Shown: piece after piece, positions 36,409 to 46,382 of the stretch
Layout: every line of letters begins with the position of its first letter
Position numbering within the stretch: the first letter of the stretch is position 1
Assembly (NCBI GenBank): GCA_002238825.1
Contig: MPNC01000003.1
Span: 455,208 to 519,207, forward strand
DNA length: 64,000 nt
Source of the DNA: SAR202 cluster bacterium bin87
GTDB lineage: Bacteria > Chloroflexota > Dehalococcoidia > Lucifugimonadales > UBA3495
Reading direction: 5' to 3'
Made by a program: the position numbers and the translations under genes
The notes under the pieces: model-generated
What the model saw: only the letters and a program-made list of their open reading frames with translations
What the model was told of the DNA's origin: nothing
The model's database searches: none

Positions 36409-37560
36409 TCAGTTGGCGGCGATATTGACTGGCGACAGACGGGCAACCGTTTCTGTGATTTCGGCGATCGCCCGGTCTATCTCGTCCTCGGTAGTGAAAC
36501 GGCCCACGGACAGGCGCAGGGTACCCATGGCGTACTCGGTGGGCACGCGCATCGCTTCCAGAACGTGGGACAGCTCCACCTGGTCGCTGTGGCAAGCGGC
36601 GCCGGCCGATGCCGCCACCGTGGCCAAGCCGAACAGGATACGGTCTGCCTCCAATTCGCGCAAGCCTACGCTGCTGGTATTGGGTAGTCGCTTCTCAGGA
36701 TGACCGTTGACGCGGGCGTCGTGGCCCGATGCCAGCAGGCCCTGCTCGAGCCGGTCGCGCATGGCCGCCATGTGCGTCGAGTATTCGTCCAGGTTCCGCT
36801 CGATCAGTTCGCACGCCTTGCCCAGACCCGCCATGAGGATGATGTTCTCGGTGCCGGCGCGGCGGTTGCCCTCGTGGTTGGCGCCGTGCATGAACTTTTC
36901 CAGCTGGACGCCGGGGCGGATGTAGAGCGCGCCGATGCCCTTGGGAGCGTAGAGCTTGTGGCCGGCCACTGAGAGCAGGTCGACTCCCAGGTCGTCCGCC
37001 TTCACCGGGATTTTGCCGACGGATTGGGCGCAGTCGCTGTGCACCAGGACGCCGTGACGGTGGGCAATCTGGGCGATCTCGGCGATGGGCTGGATGGTGC
37101 CGACCTCGTTGTTGGCGTGCATGATGGTGACCAGCACCGTCTCAGGGGTGATGGCCTCCTCGACCTGCCGGGGGTCGACCATCCCATATTCGTCCACGGG
37201 CAGATAGGTCGTCTTGCACCCCTGCCCTTCCAGGAACCGGAACACCTCGGTCACGGCCGGATGCTCGACGGCCGAGGTGATGATGTGATTGCCGCGGTGG
37301 CGGTACGCGCCGGCGACACCCTTGATGGCGTGGTTGTTGGCCTCGGTGCCGCCGCTGGTGAAGATCAGGTCGTCCTCCGAGCAGCCCAGCATCGTCGACA
37401 CCTGCCGGCGGGCCAGGTCTACACCCTCGCGCGCTGCAATGCCAAAGGCGTGACCGCTGGATGGGTTGCCGAACAGTCCGTGCACGTAGGGCAGCATGGC
37501 CTCGGCAACAGCGGGATCGATGGGAGTGGTGGCGTTGTAATCGAGGTAAATGCCGTCCAT
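36409..37560 (-). CDS. NifS-type cysteine desulfurase / selenocysteine lyase-like PLP enzyme
   Basis: YLDYNATTP, FTSGGTE, AGHKLYAPKG, SAGAACHS; start reassigned to MDGIY. Confidence 0.9.
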   Translation of the reverse strand: MDGIYLDYNATTPIDPAVAEAMLPYVHGLFGNPSSGHAFGIAAREGVDLARRQVSTMLGCSEDDLIFTSGGTEANNHAIKGVAGAYRHRGNHIITSAVEHPAVTEVFRFLEGQGCKTTYLPVDEYGMVDPRQVEEAITPETVLVTIMHANNEVGTIQPIAEIAQIAHRHGVLVHSDCAQSVGKIPVKADDLGVDLLSVAGHKLYAPKGIGALYIRPGVQLEKFMHGANHEGNRRAGTENIILMAGLGKACELIERNLDEYSTHMAAMRDRLEQGLLASGHDARVNGHPEKRLPNTSSVGLRELEADRILFGLATVAASAGAACHSDQVELSHVLEAMRVPTEYAMGTLRLSVGRFTTEDEIDRAIAEITETVARLSPVNIAAN

Positions 37561-37762
37561 TTTCGGCTCCGGCGCGTCGGCGCATAGGGTGCATTGCGCC
37601 GCATTATAGACCACGGGCAACCGGGCCCGACAATCGTGGGAAGCGGCTCCGACCCGGGACTGCACTGTGATCAAGCTCCGCATGGCAAGACACAGTCGAG
37701 GGTCCCGCCGGACATTCCGCGCGGGACCCTCGGACAGCCAGCATCAACCGCAGTCAGTCGGC

Positions 37763-40700
37763 TCAGTTCTGGTTATACACCGGCGGGTCATATTCAATGG
37801 GCCCGCTGTAGGTCCAGGGCCCGTTGCGCGGGTTGGTGTCGCCGGAGTTGTGCCACACGTAAGATGCCCGGACGCGGAAGTTGTACCGCTCGCCGACCAC
37901 GGGCTCTGCATTATTGCAATAGTTGGTGACATCCAGCGTGAGCGCCGCGCTGCTCAGGGTGTCGTTGCCCAGGCCGACGTTACGGTACCGGTCCTTGGAG
38001 CACCAGCCGCCGGACTGGCCGTCGGCGAGCTTGTATTCGATGTCGTAACGGTATTGGGGCACCGTGTTGCCGTCGGCGTCGCGGATGGGCCGCTTGTTGC
38101 TGAAGTTGCGCACGGGCCGGAAATCGGGGTTGTTGGGGTAGTACGGGTCAGGCCGGTCCCACGTCACGGTGAAGCCGCCGGCCGACCTGACCGCCGCGGA
38201 CACGTCGGCGGGAGCATGGGGCGCGCCGGACATCACGAAGTATTCCTCGGATGGCCCGCTTTCGCCCAGGATGTTGTATGTCTTGACGCGCACGTAGTAG
38301 CGCCCGTGGCCGGCCATGTTCGTCAGCAGACGAGACACGGCGGAGGGGTCATCCACCACCACTTTGTCGCCCGCCCGGTAGGTAGCGCGGGTCCGCCATT
38401 GCAGGATGTATCCGCCGACGGGACCGCCCCCGGCGGGCGGATCCCACCACACCAGCAGGGACTCCTTCCCTCCGACTGCCTCGATGCCGGTGGGAGCGTC
38501 GGGAGCGCCGCCGGCAAGATTGTACTCGATGGGCCCGCTGTAGGCCCACGGCCCGTTGCGGGGGTTGGTGTCGCCGGAGTTGTGCCAGACGTAGGACGCC
38601 CGGATGCGGAAGTTGTACCGCTCGCCGACCACCGGCTCGGCGTTGTTGCAGTAGTTGGTGACGTCCAACGTTAGGGCTGCTCGGTCCAGGGTGTCGTTGC
38701 CCAAACCGACGTCGCGTCGCCGGTCCTGAGAGCACCATCCGTCAGGCTGTCCGTCCGCGAGCTTGTATTCGATGTCATAGCGGTATTGAGGGACGGTGTT
38801 GCCGTCGCCGTCGCGGATCGGCCGTTTGTTGCTGAAGTTGCGTACGGGCCGGAAATCGGGATTGTTGGGGTAGTAGGGGTTGGGTCGATCCCAGGTCAGC
38901 TGGAACCCGCCGCCCGGGCGGACTTCGGCCTCGAAATCCACAGGCTCTCCGGGCGCGCCGGACATGACGGAATACTCCTCCGAGTACCCGCTTTCGCCGA
39001 GCACATTGCGCGCCATCACCCGTACGTAGTAGCGCCCATGCCCCGCCATGTTGCGGAGCAGCCGTTGGCCCCGAGTCGCGTTGCTCACCACCGCCTCATC
39101 GCCGGGTTCATAGGAGCCGCCCGTCCGCCACTGCACCACGTATTCGTCCGCCGGAGTGCCGCTGGGCGGCCAATCCCAGGACACGAGCAGCGACTCCCTG
39201 CCTCCCACGGCTTTGACCCCGGTGGGGGTGTCGGGTGGGCCGCCGCTGGGGTTGTAGGCGACGCGCCCGGTGTGCAGCCACGGACCGTTGCGCACGTTGG
39301 TGTCGCCGGAGTTTTTCCAGACGTAGGACGCCCGGATGCGGAACTTGTACTCTTCGCCAATTTCCGGCTGCGCATCGTCGCAGAAGCGGGTCATCGTCAG
39401 GGTGTGGACTGCCGGATCGAGGGTATTGTGGCCTCGCTGCAGGTCCTGGTAGTTGTCCAAGCTGCACCAGGGCCCGGGCGGGTCGCCGGCGAGTCGATAT
39501 TGCACGTCGTAGCGGAACTGGGGCACCGTGTTGCCGTCCGCATCCCGGATCGCCCTTCTGTTGCTGTCGCGGACGGGACGGAAGTCCGGGTTATTGGGGT
39601 AGTAGGGATCGGGCCGGTCCCAGGTCAGCCAGAACCCGCCACCGCGGCGAATATGGACCCTGAGGTCGGTGGGCTGGCCCGGCGTGCCGGACATCACGAA
39701 GTACTCGTCCGATGGCTCGCTGCGACCCAGGAAGTTGCGCGCCAGCACGCGCACATAGAAACGCCCGTGGCCCGCCATGTCCTCCAGGAGATGCGGCCCG
39801 ACCCAGGGTCTCCACACTCCGACCTCGTCGCCGGGCTTGTAGGTCGCGCCGGTGCGCCACTGGATCACGAAGGCGTCGTGTATGGTGCCGCGCTCGGGCA
39901 GACCCCAGGACACCAGCAGCGAGTTCCTGCCGCCCACCGCCGTCACATTGGTGGGCGCTTCCGGCGGGCCCTTGGTTACCACGGTTTTCCAGGCCGGTTT
40001 GCCTACGGTGTCATCATGGGCAATGGCCTGCACGCGCACCGTGTAGAACACGGCATTCTGCAAGTCCGGGATCGTCGCCGATGTGGTGGAGGCGGAGCCC
40101 AGATCCAGCCGTCGGGATTCGTCAAAATCCTCGTCGCCGGTCTTCCATTCGACCCGGTAGCCGCTGAGCTCGATCTCGCTGTGCGTGGGTTCCTCCCACG
40201 ACACCTGGATCTCGTGGTCCGCGCCCGTCACGCTCAGAGCCGCCGGAGCCCCCGGCTTCCCGGGGGTGGCGGAGGTGGCGACTCCCCGGTGGTGTCCGTC
40301 GTTGTCTTCGTGAACCGTTGGCGAGCCGTTGTTGACTGCGACAACCCGCACGAAGTGCTGTGTGCCGTCGGTCAACTCCTCGATGGTGTGGGACAGGTCA
40401 TCAGTCTCCGAGATCAAGGCCTGTCGCGACGTGTGAAAATCCTGGTCGGCCGTCCGCCACTGCACGGCGTAGTGGGTGACCCAGGGGCGGGCCTCGTACA
40501 GGTGCGGGCTCCAGGTGACCTTCAGCTCGCCGTTTCGGGTGATGATGGCCAGGTCCTGCGGCTTGCGCCAGTGGCAGCCGCCGTCCTTCCAGGGGTTGCC
40601 GAAGGCCGGCCCCGACGATCCCAGCGCCCAACTGGCCTCGCGCACGGAGCAATAGCCTCCGAACATGTTGCGCATGTGATATGCCGCCGTGCGTTTGCCG

Positions 40701-41953
40701 TTGGCGACCTTGAGATCCGCCCAGACGGCATCCATGTCCACCGCGCCGTCGCCGTCGTCGTAGTGGTCGTAAAACCAGTCGGCGATCTCGCCTCGCGCCA
40801 CACTGCCGGCCACCCTGACGCTCTCCCGGTCCGGCTTGGCTCTATTGGCAATCTCCGGGCAATTCCCCAGGTACCCGATTGACTGGGAGGCAGAGCGGTG
40901 CGTGTGGTAAGCCAACACGTCGGCGTAGATTTCGCCGACGGGGCAATCGCCCTTGACCCGGTGATTGAAGTAGAGCCAGCCGACGCCAACCGCCCCCGGA
41001 ACCTCCGGGACGCGATAGTCCAGGAGGAAATGGTGGGCCAACTCGTGCAATACCACTTTCGTCGACTGGTAGCCCCATTCGGTATAGCCGTAGCGGGCGC
41101 CCCGGTTCACGCCGCTGAATCCGTCCCGTCCCAGGATGTAGTAAACGTAGAACCCCGGGTTGTTGTAACTTCCCACCCGCACCGGAAGCGGGTAATCGCG
41201 CCACGCCCGGCGAACCCACTCGTGGTCGTCCTCATACCTTGAGACTATTCGGTCACCAATGTAGGTAACGGCTGCCGCGTTGCGGGTATCCACAGATCGC
41301 GGCGTCGCGGAGCGTCGGCCGGTCTGGTTGTACTCCGTAGACTTGGACACTGAGCCTTGTATTTTGACCAGCACCGAATAGGACCGGTCAGTGGGGAAGC
41401 TCCAACCGGCGGCACCACCCGAGTCCTGGCCGTTTCCATCGAGAAATCCCACCTGGAAGTACGCCGTGCTCGTCCCATCGACGTCGTTTTCGAACACTAC
41501 GAAATAGTCGGTATCGGCATCGAGGGTCGCGCCAACCGGGGCGGTGAAGGTGTTGCGGGCGTCGTTGGAGAAGGACGCCGGGTTGCTCAACGTGTGCAGA
41601 ATTTCGTCGGGGTTGCCATTCGAATCGGCAGTGTAGACGCTGACTGTTGGCGCGTCGTCCGAACTCACGTCTTTCAGGTACGCGACAATCTTCGAGAGGG
41701 AGTATCCGTCCTCGTTGCTGCCGGTGGAAAACCCCTGGGCCTGCGCGTAAACCACCCGCTCGCTGGGACCCACCTGTTCCCAGCCATCGGGAGCCGAGAC
41801 TTTATCCAAATTGCTGACCAGGGTGATGCCCGTGCTGGCTTCCGCTTGAAACGCCAGCGCGGAGACGGCCGACATGACGATCAGCAACACGACGGCAGCG
41901 ATCAACAACCGGATATGACGGCGCGGGCGTCGCTGCGGATGTCGTATATTCAT
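37763..41953 (-). CDS. Large secreted fibronectin type III repeat protein with a HEXXH zincin-like domain
   Basis: Signal peptide; VVLHELAHH; multiple P..P..L....L.VSW..P...Y.VQW FN3 units; three C-terminal repeats of about 243 aa. Confidence 0.85.
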   Translation of the reverse strand: MNIRHPQRRPRRHIRLLIAAVVLLIVMSAVSALAFQAEASTGITLVSNLDKVSAPDGWEQVGPSERVVYAQAQGFSTGSNEDGYSLSKIVAYLKDVSSDDAPTVSVYTADSNGNPDEILHTLSNPASFSNDARNTFTAPVGATLDADTDYFVVFENDVDGTSTAYFQVGFLDGNGQDSGGAAGWSFPTDRSYSVLVKIQGSVSKSTEYNQTGRRSATPRSVDTRNAAAVTYIGDRIVSRYEDDHEWVRRAWRDYPLPVRVGSYNNPGFYVYYILGRDGFSGVNRGARYGYTEWGYQSTKVVLHELAHHFLLDYRVPEVPGAVGVGWLYFNHRVKGDCPVGEIYADVLAYHTHRSASQSIGYLGNCPEIANRAKPDRESVRVAGSVARGEIADWFYDHYDDGDGAVDMDAVWADLKVANGKRTAAYHMRNMFGGYCSVREASWALGSSGPAFGNPWKDGGCHWRKPQDLAIITRNGELKVTWSPHLYEARPWVTHYAVQWRTADQDFHTSRQALISETDDLSHTIEELTDGTQHFVRVVAVNNGSPTVHEDNDGHHRGVATSATPGKPGAPAALSVTGADHEIQVSWEEPTHSEIELSGYRVEWKTGDEDFDESRRLDLGSASTTSATIPDLQNAVFYTVRVQAIAHDDTVGKPAWKTVVTKGPPEAPTNVTAVGGRNSLLVSWGLPERGTIHDAFVIQWRTGATYKPGDEVGVWRPWVGPHLLEDMAGHGRFYVRVLARNFLGRSEPSDEYFVMSGTPGQPTDLRVHIRRGGGFWLTWDRPDPYYPNNPDFRPVRDSNRRAIRDADGNTVPQFRYDVQYRLAGDPPGPWCSLDNYQDLQRGHNTLDPAVHTLTMTRFCDDAQPEIGEEYKFRIRASYVWKNSGDTNVRNGPWLHTGRVAYNPSGGPPDTPTGVKAVGGRESLLVSWDWPPSGTPADEYVVQWRTGGSYEPGDEAVVSNATRGQRLLRNMAGHGRYYVRVMARNVLGESGYSEEYSVMSGAPGEPVDFEAEVRPGGGFQLTWDRPNPYYPNNPDFRPVRNFSNKRPIRDGDGNTVPQYRYDIEYKLADGQPDGWCSQDRRRDVGLGNDTLDRAALTLDVTNYCNNAEPVVGERYNFRIRASYVWHNSGDTNPRNGPWAYSGPIEYNLAGGAPDAPTGIEAVGGKESLLVWWDPPAGGGPVGGYILQWRTRATYRAGDKVVVDDPSAVSRLLTNMAGHGRYYVRVKTYNILGESGPSEEYFVMSGAPHAPADVSAAVRSAGGFTVTWDRPDPYYPNNPDFRPVRNFSNKRPIRDADGNTVPQYRYDIEYKLADGQSGGWCSKDRYRNVGLGNDTLSSAALTLDVTNYCNNAEPVVGERYNFRVRASYVWHNSGDTNPRNGPWTYSGPIEYDPPVYNQN

Positions 41954-43018
41954 CAGCGTCCTCCCGTTGGGAATATTTCGTGGGAGTGCGGTTTTCCCGC
42001 TACTGGTCAGATGTCGGATGGCTTCAAGACGCGGTATCGGTGACGCCTTGCGCAGGTTTGTCGGTGGTTCGGATCTGATCGTTGCCGTTCAGCGATTGGT
42101 CAACTTGACTATGAGGTCACGCCGTCATAGCCGTTCCAAAGAGCCGTTCGAAGTAAATGCTTGATTGCGAAAAATGTAACCCCTTTGAATTCCGAAAGTC
42201 TGTGCATGACCCAATTAGCACGTAGTCTGTTGAACATGTGCGGATCGACCAATAATGTGACGAATGTCCGCGCCGCCATCACTGGTACACCTTCTGACTT
42301 TGAAAGGAATAAGAACACGAGCGTCCGCGGGCCCATCACCGGGCGAATGGCTCTTTGACCGCAAACTCACGTCGCCATGCAGATGAGGGAACGTGAAATT
42401 CGGCCAGGCTCTGGGAAAACCCCCGCGCCTGGCCGAAACACAGGTGATTCGCGCCGGGCATCACAGTTACCGGCGCGGAGTGGGTTGCGGTGCGTTCATA
42501 TCCCCGGAGACGACCCGAACGTGATGGGTCTTCTTGGAGTGCGGATCGGAACAGAGCCGCGCGGATCCGTATCCCGGATACGCGTCAGAGCCCCAGCCAC
42601 CGCGCTCGGTCGGCCTTCTCCGCAAAACCCGGCACACCATGGACGACTGCTCCCGCGAGTCGACCGGGCTCAGACTGCAGAGCACGCAATGCGATCACGG
42701 TCGGGGGGGCTGGTGGCCGATGCCTGCGAGACAACCGCGGGGCGGACCGGCCGGGCGGGGCAATACCGCCGGATTGTGAGGTTCGAAGGCGGCGGGTATG
42801 GCGCGCGGGCGCCCGCCGCCAATGATGGCGGCGAAGACGAGCCTGCCGCGGATTTCAGCGCGGTATTGTTTTTTTGCTGCTTCGTGAGGGCGTGGGTACG
42901 CCGGCAGCGCTCGGCCCGGCGTCGGTCAGCCTCAGCGCTCAATTTGGGGACAGTCTCCGACCCTCGAGGTTCAGGAGTGGAACGAGACTTGACGGCCAAG
43001 CCGGATAGTCATGGTCAA

Positions 43019-43054
43019 ACCGGTGGCTCCTTGGAAACTGGAGGAGCCACCGGT
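43019..43054 (-). terminator. Hairpin downstream of the cupin gene
   Basis: 13-bp stem ACCGGTGGCTCCT/AGGAGCCACCGGT. Confidence 0.55.
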
Positions 43055-43106
43055 CATACTTGCAAAGCGGCGGAGGATGAAATAGGCCGCCGCGGCCCGG
43101 GTGTGG

Positions 43107-43484
43107 CTAGTTGTTCGCCGGAGTGGACCAGCGGGTGTTTCCTTCCTGCATCTCAAATGGCGGAGATGTCGCCGAGACGTAAATCAGATTGTCCTCGCCA
43201 ATGTTGCGGATCGAGTGGTCCGTACCGGGTGGGACCAGGATGGCCGCGCCCGGGCCGACCTCCTCGACCTCTTCCCCAACTCGCATGGCGCCCCGTCCCT
43301 GGACTATCACATAAACCTGCTCCCGTCCGTCGTGGGAGTGGACGGCTTGCTCGCTGCCCGGCTCGCCCTCGACCCAGGTGACGGCCAGGTTCTCGGATCC
43401 GAACTGGCCCGCGGCCAGAAGCAGGTGCGACACCTGCCCGCCGCGATGGTTCTGTGGACACCGGTCCAATGTCTGGATGTTCAT
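43107..43484 (-). CDS. Cupin domain protein
   Basis: HSH..REQVY..VQGRG, ILVPPGTDHSI. Confidence 0.9.
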   Translation of the reverse strand: MNIQTLDRCPQNHRGGQVSHLLLAAGQFGSENLAVTWVEGEPGSEQAVHSHDGREQVYVIVQGRGAMRVGEEVEEVGPGAAILVPPGTDHSIRNIGEDNLIYVSATSPPFEMQEGNTRWSTPANN

Positions 43485-43708
43485 CAGCTAGACCTCTTTT
43501 TGCGCGGTTGTGAATTTGTTCTTCGGCGCCTGCGGGGCATTTACGGCGGAAGCGTGTCGCCGATACTCAAGATTGCAACTGAAACACCCGCAACTGAAAA
43601 ACAGTTCGCGCCCCATCCTACCATCGCGCCGCAGTTTTGAAGCGGTGACTCCTTGGATTTGTCGCCAGGCAGGGCAATCGCATTTCATAACCCACACCCG
43701 TCACCCCG

Positions 43709-43853
43709 CAGGGCCTTTCCAAAGTAGCTTTTGTCATTGCGAGCGCAGCACGGCAATCTCGCTCCGGGGACATGACCCATACGGGAAAGCCTTGTTGCAT
43801 CGACGGGATTGCCACGTCGCTCCGCTCCTCCCAATGACTTTGGAAAGGCCCTG
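43709..43853. mobile_element. 145-bp MITE with a perfect 16-bp TIR and a 9-bp TSD
   Basis: GTCACCCCG-[CAGGGCCTTTCCAAAG...CTTTGGAAAGGCCCTG]-GTCACCCCG. Confidence 0.92.
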
Positions 43854-43984
43854 GTCACCCCGGCGAAAGCCGGAGCCCCTTTATCGTAAAGTGCATTCAC
43901 GGTCGGCGGGGCCAGTCGTTTTGATCGCCGGATTCGCTGAATTCACGGCAATGACAAGAGGCAATCGTTCAAAATGCGATTGTT

Positions 43985-44137
43985 CTGTTTCGCGACGCAG
44001 GATCATTCGGTTGTCATTTCGAGTAGCGAAACGACGCGGCAATCCCGTTGGCGTAGCGACGATCCTGGCCGCAACGAGATCGCCGCGCTGCGCTCGCAAC
44101 GACATCTGGGAGACCTGAAAGAGCCTGTTTCGCGACG
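43985..44137. repeat. Family A palindrome bracketed by 13-bp direct repeats CTGTTTCGCGACG
   Basis: Direct repeats at 43985-43997 and 44125-44137; core about 44013-44103. Confidence 0.7.
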
Positions 44138-44201
44138 GGACTTTCTTGCGAGAATTGCGTATGACGTGTTAGATTTCGGTCCACTGTTTGAGGTGGGCTT
44201 G

Positions 44202-46247
44202 ATGTTTTATATGAATAAATCTCTGATCATAATCGGCTTGATAATGGCCCTGCTTGTCCTGGTGGGATGTACCAGGGAGGTGGAGGTGGTCACCGAAGTG
44301 GTGGTGACCGCTACACCCGGACCTGCTGCCGTTACGCCCGGATCCGCGGCCGCAACGCCCGGATCCGCGGCCGCGTCGTCCGGTCCGGCTGCCGCGACGC
44401 CGGTACCGGCCACGGCGGCCCCCGCTCCCACTGCGCCGCCGGACAGCGCTGACGTCGGTGAGAGCGTTTACCAGATCGGAATTTCGGCCGACCTCACCAC
44501 CACAAATTACTGGGCGTACCTGGGACCCGACGGCACCATGTGGAACCTGTACGTCCTGGGCGGCGACAAACCGGCACTGTACACCTACTCCGCGCAGCGG
44601 TACGACTGGGTGCCTTCGCTGGCCGCCGACTTCCCGACGGCCCTGCAGGAAGAAACCGTCAGCGGCCAGACCTTCTGGACCACTGAGGTGCAGCTGAAGG
44701 AAGGGGTGCAGTGGAGCGACGGCACCGACGTGACGGCCGAAGATTTCGCGTTCACCGCTCATACCGCTTCTGAAATGCGGTTGCCGGGGAACTGGCCCTC
44801 GATCGTGGATCCCGATTACTTCGATCACGCGGAAGCGCCGGACCCCTATCGACTGAAGATATTCTTCAAGCAGAAGCCGGGGCTGGCGCGCTGGCAGTTC
44901 GGGCTGGCGTTCATGCCCATCATGTCCAAGGCCTATTGGGAACCGGTGGTGTCGGCTGCCAGGCAGGGTGGAGATCTCATCGACCAGCAGAAGGCTCTGT
45001 ACGCTCATGTGCCCGACAACGAACCCACCGCCGGCGGCTTCGGGTTCCAAAAATGGGAGCGCGGCGCGTTCGCCGAAAAGGCGCAGAACCCCCGCTATTT
45101 CTTCCGTGACACCATGGTCACCGAATACGCCGGCGGCGCCTACGTCGAAGCCAAGCCAGGGGCCTACGAATTTGAGGCTTATGGCGATGCCGTCGGCGAC
45201 AAAACGCTGGAATACACGGTGGGGCCGTACGCCGAAAGCACGATTTATTCGATATACGGCAGCCAGGACGCGACGGTGCTGGCATTGAAGAAAGGTGACC
45301 TCGATTTCATGCTGAACCCGTTGGGGTTGTCTCGCGGTTTGCAGAAGCAGTTGGAGGGCGAGGACGGACTGACGGTGATCGAGAACCCGTCAGACGGCAT
45401 GAGGTACCTCGGCTTCAACTTCCGCAAGGAACCCATGAACAACCAGGCTTTCCGACAGGCCGTGGCGACCCTGATTGACAAGGAATTCATCACTCAAACT
45501 GTGCTTCAGGGGGTAGCGTTCCCCATGTACGCCACCGTGCCCGAAGGCAATCGCGCCTGGTACAACCCCCATGTGCCCCAGATCGGCAAGGATATGACGC
45601 GAGGAGAACGTATCGCGCAGGTCGTCGAGCTGCTCAAAGGCGAGGGGTTCACCTGGGAAACGGAGCCAAGAGTGAGCGAGGATGGCCGTTTCGTGGAGCA
45701 GCGGGGCGAGGGGCTGAAGATGCCCAACGGCCAGCCGGTGCCTGAGATCAGCATCCTGGCGCCGAGCCCGGGCTACGACCCGCTTCGCTCGACGTTCGCC
45801 ATCTGGATCGAGCGGTGGTTGAACGAGGTCGGCATCCCGGTGCACGCGGACCTGACCGGCTTCAACCTGATCGTGGATAAGGTGTTTGACCAGCAGGACT
45901 TCGACATGTGGATCCTGGGTTGGGGCCTAAGCCTGTATCCGGACTACCTGGAAAGCTTCTTCCACAGCCGGCACTCGGATCTGGAGGGACACAACGCCGG
46001 CGGATACAACAACCCTGAGTACGACCGGCTGGCCGACGAGTTGCTCGCTGAAACCGACGTCGACGCGGCGCGCGAACTGGTCTTCGAAATGCAGGCGTTC
46101 CTGGCGGATGACCTGCCGTACGTTCCGCTGTTCGACACGCCGCTGGTGGAAGCCTACCGGAGCGACCGGGTGGAATACCCGTACACCCACTCCCTGGGCG
46201 GCCTGCAGAACGCTTCCGGCATGACGACGCTGGTCCAATTCAAGTAA
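44202..46247 (+). CDS. Peptide ABC substrate-binding lipoprotein, family 5
   Basis: Lipobox LVGC; LKEGVQWSDG..VTAED; start reassigned after GAGGT. Confidence 0.9.
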   Translation: MFYMNKSLIIIGLIMALLVLVGCTREVEVVTEVVVTATPGPAAVTPGSAAATPGSAAASSGPAAATPVPATAAPAPTAPPDSADVGESVYQIGISADLTTTNYWAYLGPDGTMWNLYVLGGDKPALYTYSAQRYDWVPSLAADFPTALQEETVSGQTFWTTEVQLKEGVQWSDGTDVTAEDFAFTAHTASEMRLPGNWPSIVDPDYFDHAEAPDPYRLKIFFKQKPGLARWQFGLAFMPIMSKAYWEPVVSAARQGGDLIDQQKALYAHVPDNEPTAGGFGFQKWERGAFAEKAQNPRYFFRDTMVTEYAGGAYVEAKPGAYEFEAYGDAVGDKTLEYTVGPYAESTIYSIYGSQDATVLALKKGDLDFMLNPLGLSRGLQKQLEGEDGLTVIENPSDGMRYLGFNFRKEPMNNQAFRQAVATLIDKEFITQTVLQGVAFPMYATVPEGNRAWYNPHVPQIGKDMTRGERIAQVVELLKGEGFTWETEPRVSEDGRFVEQRGEGLKMPNGQPVPEISILAPSPGYDPLRSTFAIWIERWLNEVGIPVHADLTGFNLIVDKVFDQQDFDMWILGWGLSLYPDYLESFFHSRHSDLEGHNAGGYNNPEYDRLADELLAETDVDAARELVFEMQAFLADDLPYVPLFDTPLVEAYRSDRVEYPYTHSLGGLQNASGMTTLVQFK

Positions 46248-46382
46248 CCCGCCGCGGTGGAGACGGTTGTTTTCACCGCGACTTCCAGGCGGCATTGGTG
46301 GTGACGCGCGATAAGCGCGTGTAAGGTGCGCGGAGAGCAGCGTGAGCGATAGCTTCAAGGGCGATAGTGGGGTTCGGCGTCT

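Noticed and set aside
37780-39970. Diversity-generating retroelement TR/VR in the FN3 repeats
   Set aside because: All copies are in-frame coding repeats, the differences do not look adenine-specific, and no reverse transcriptase is in the window
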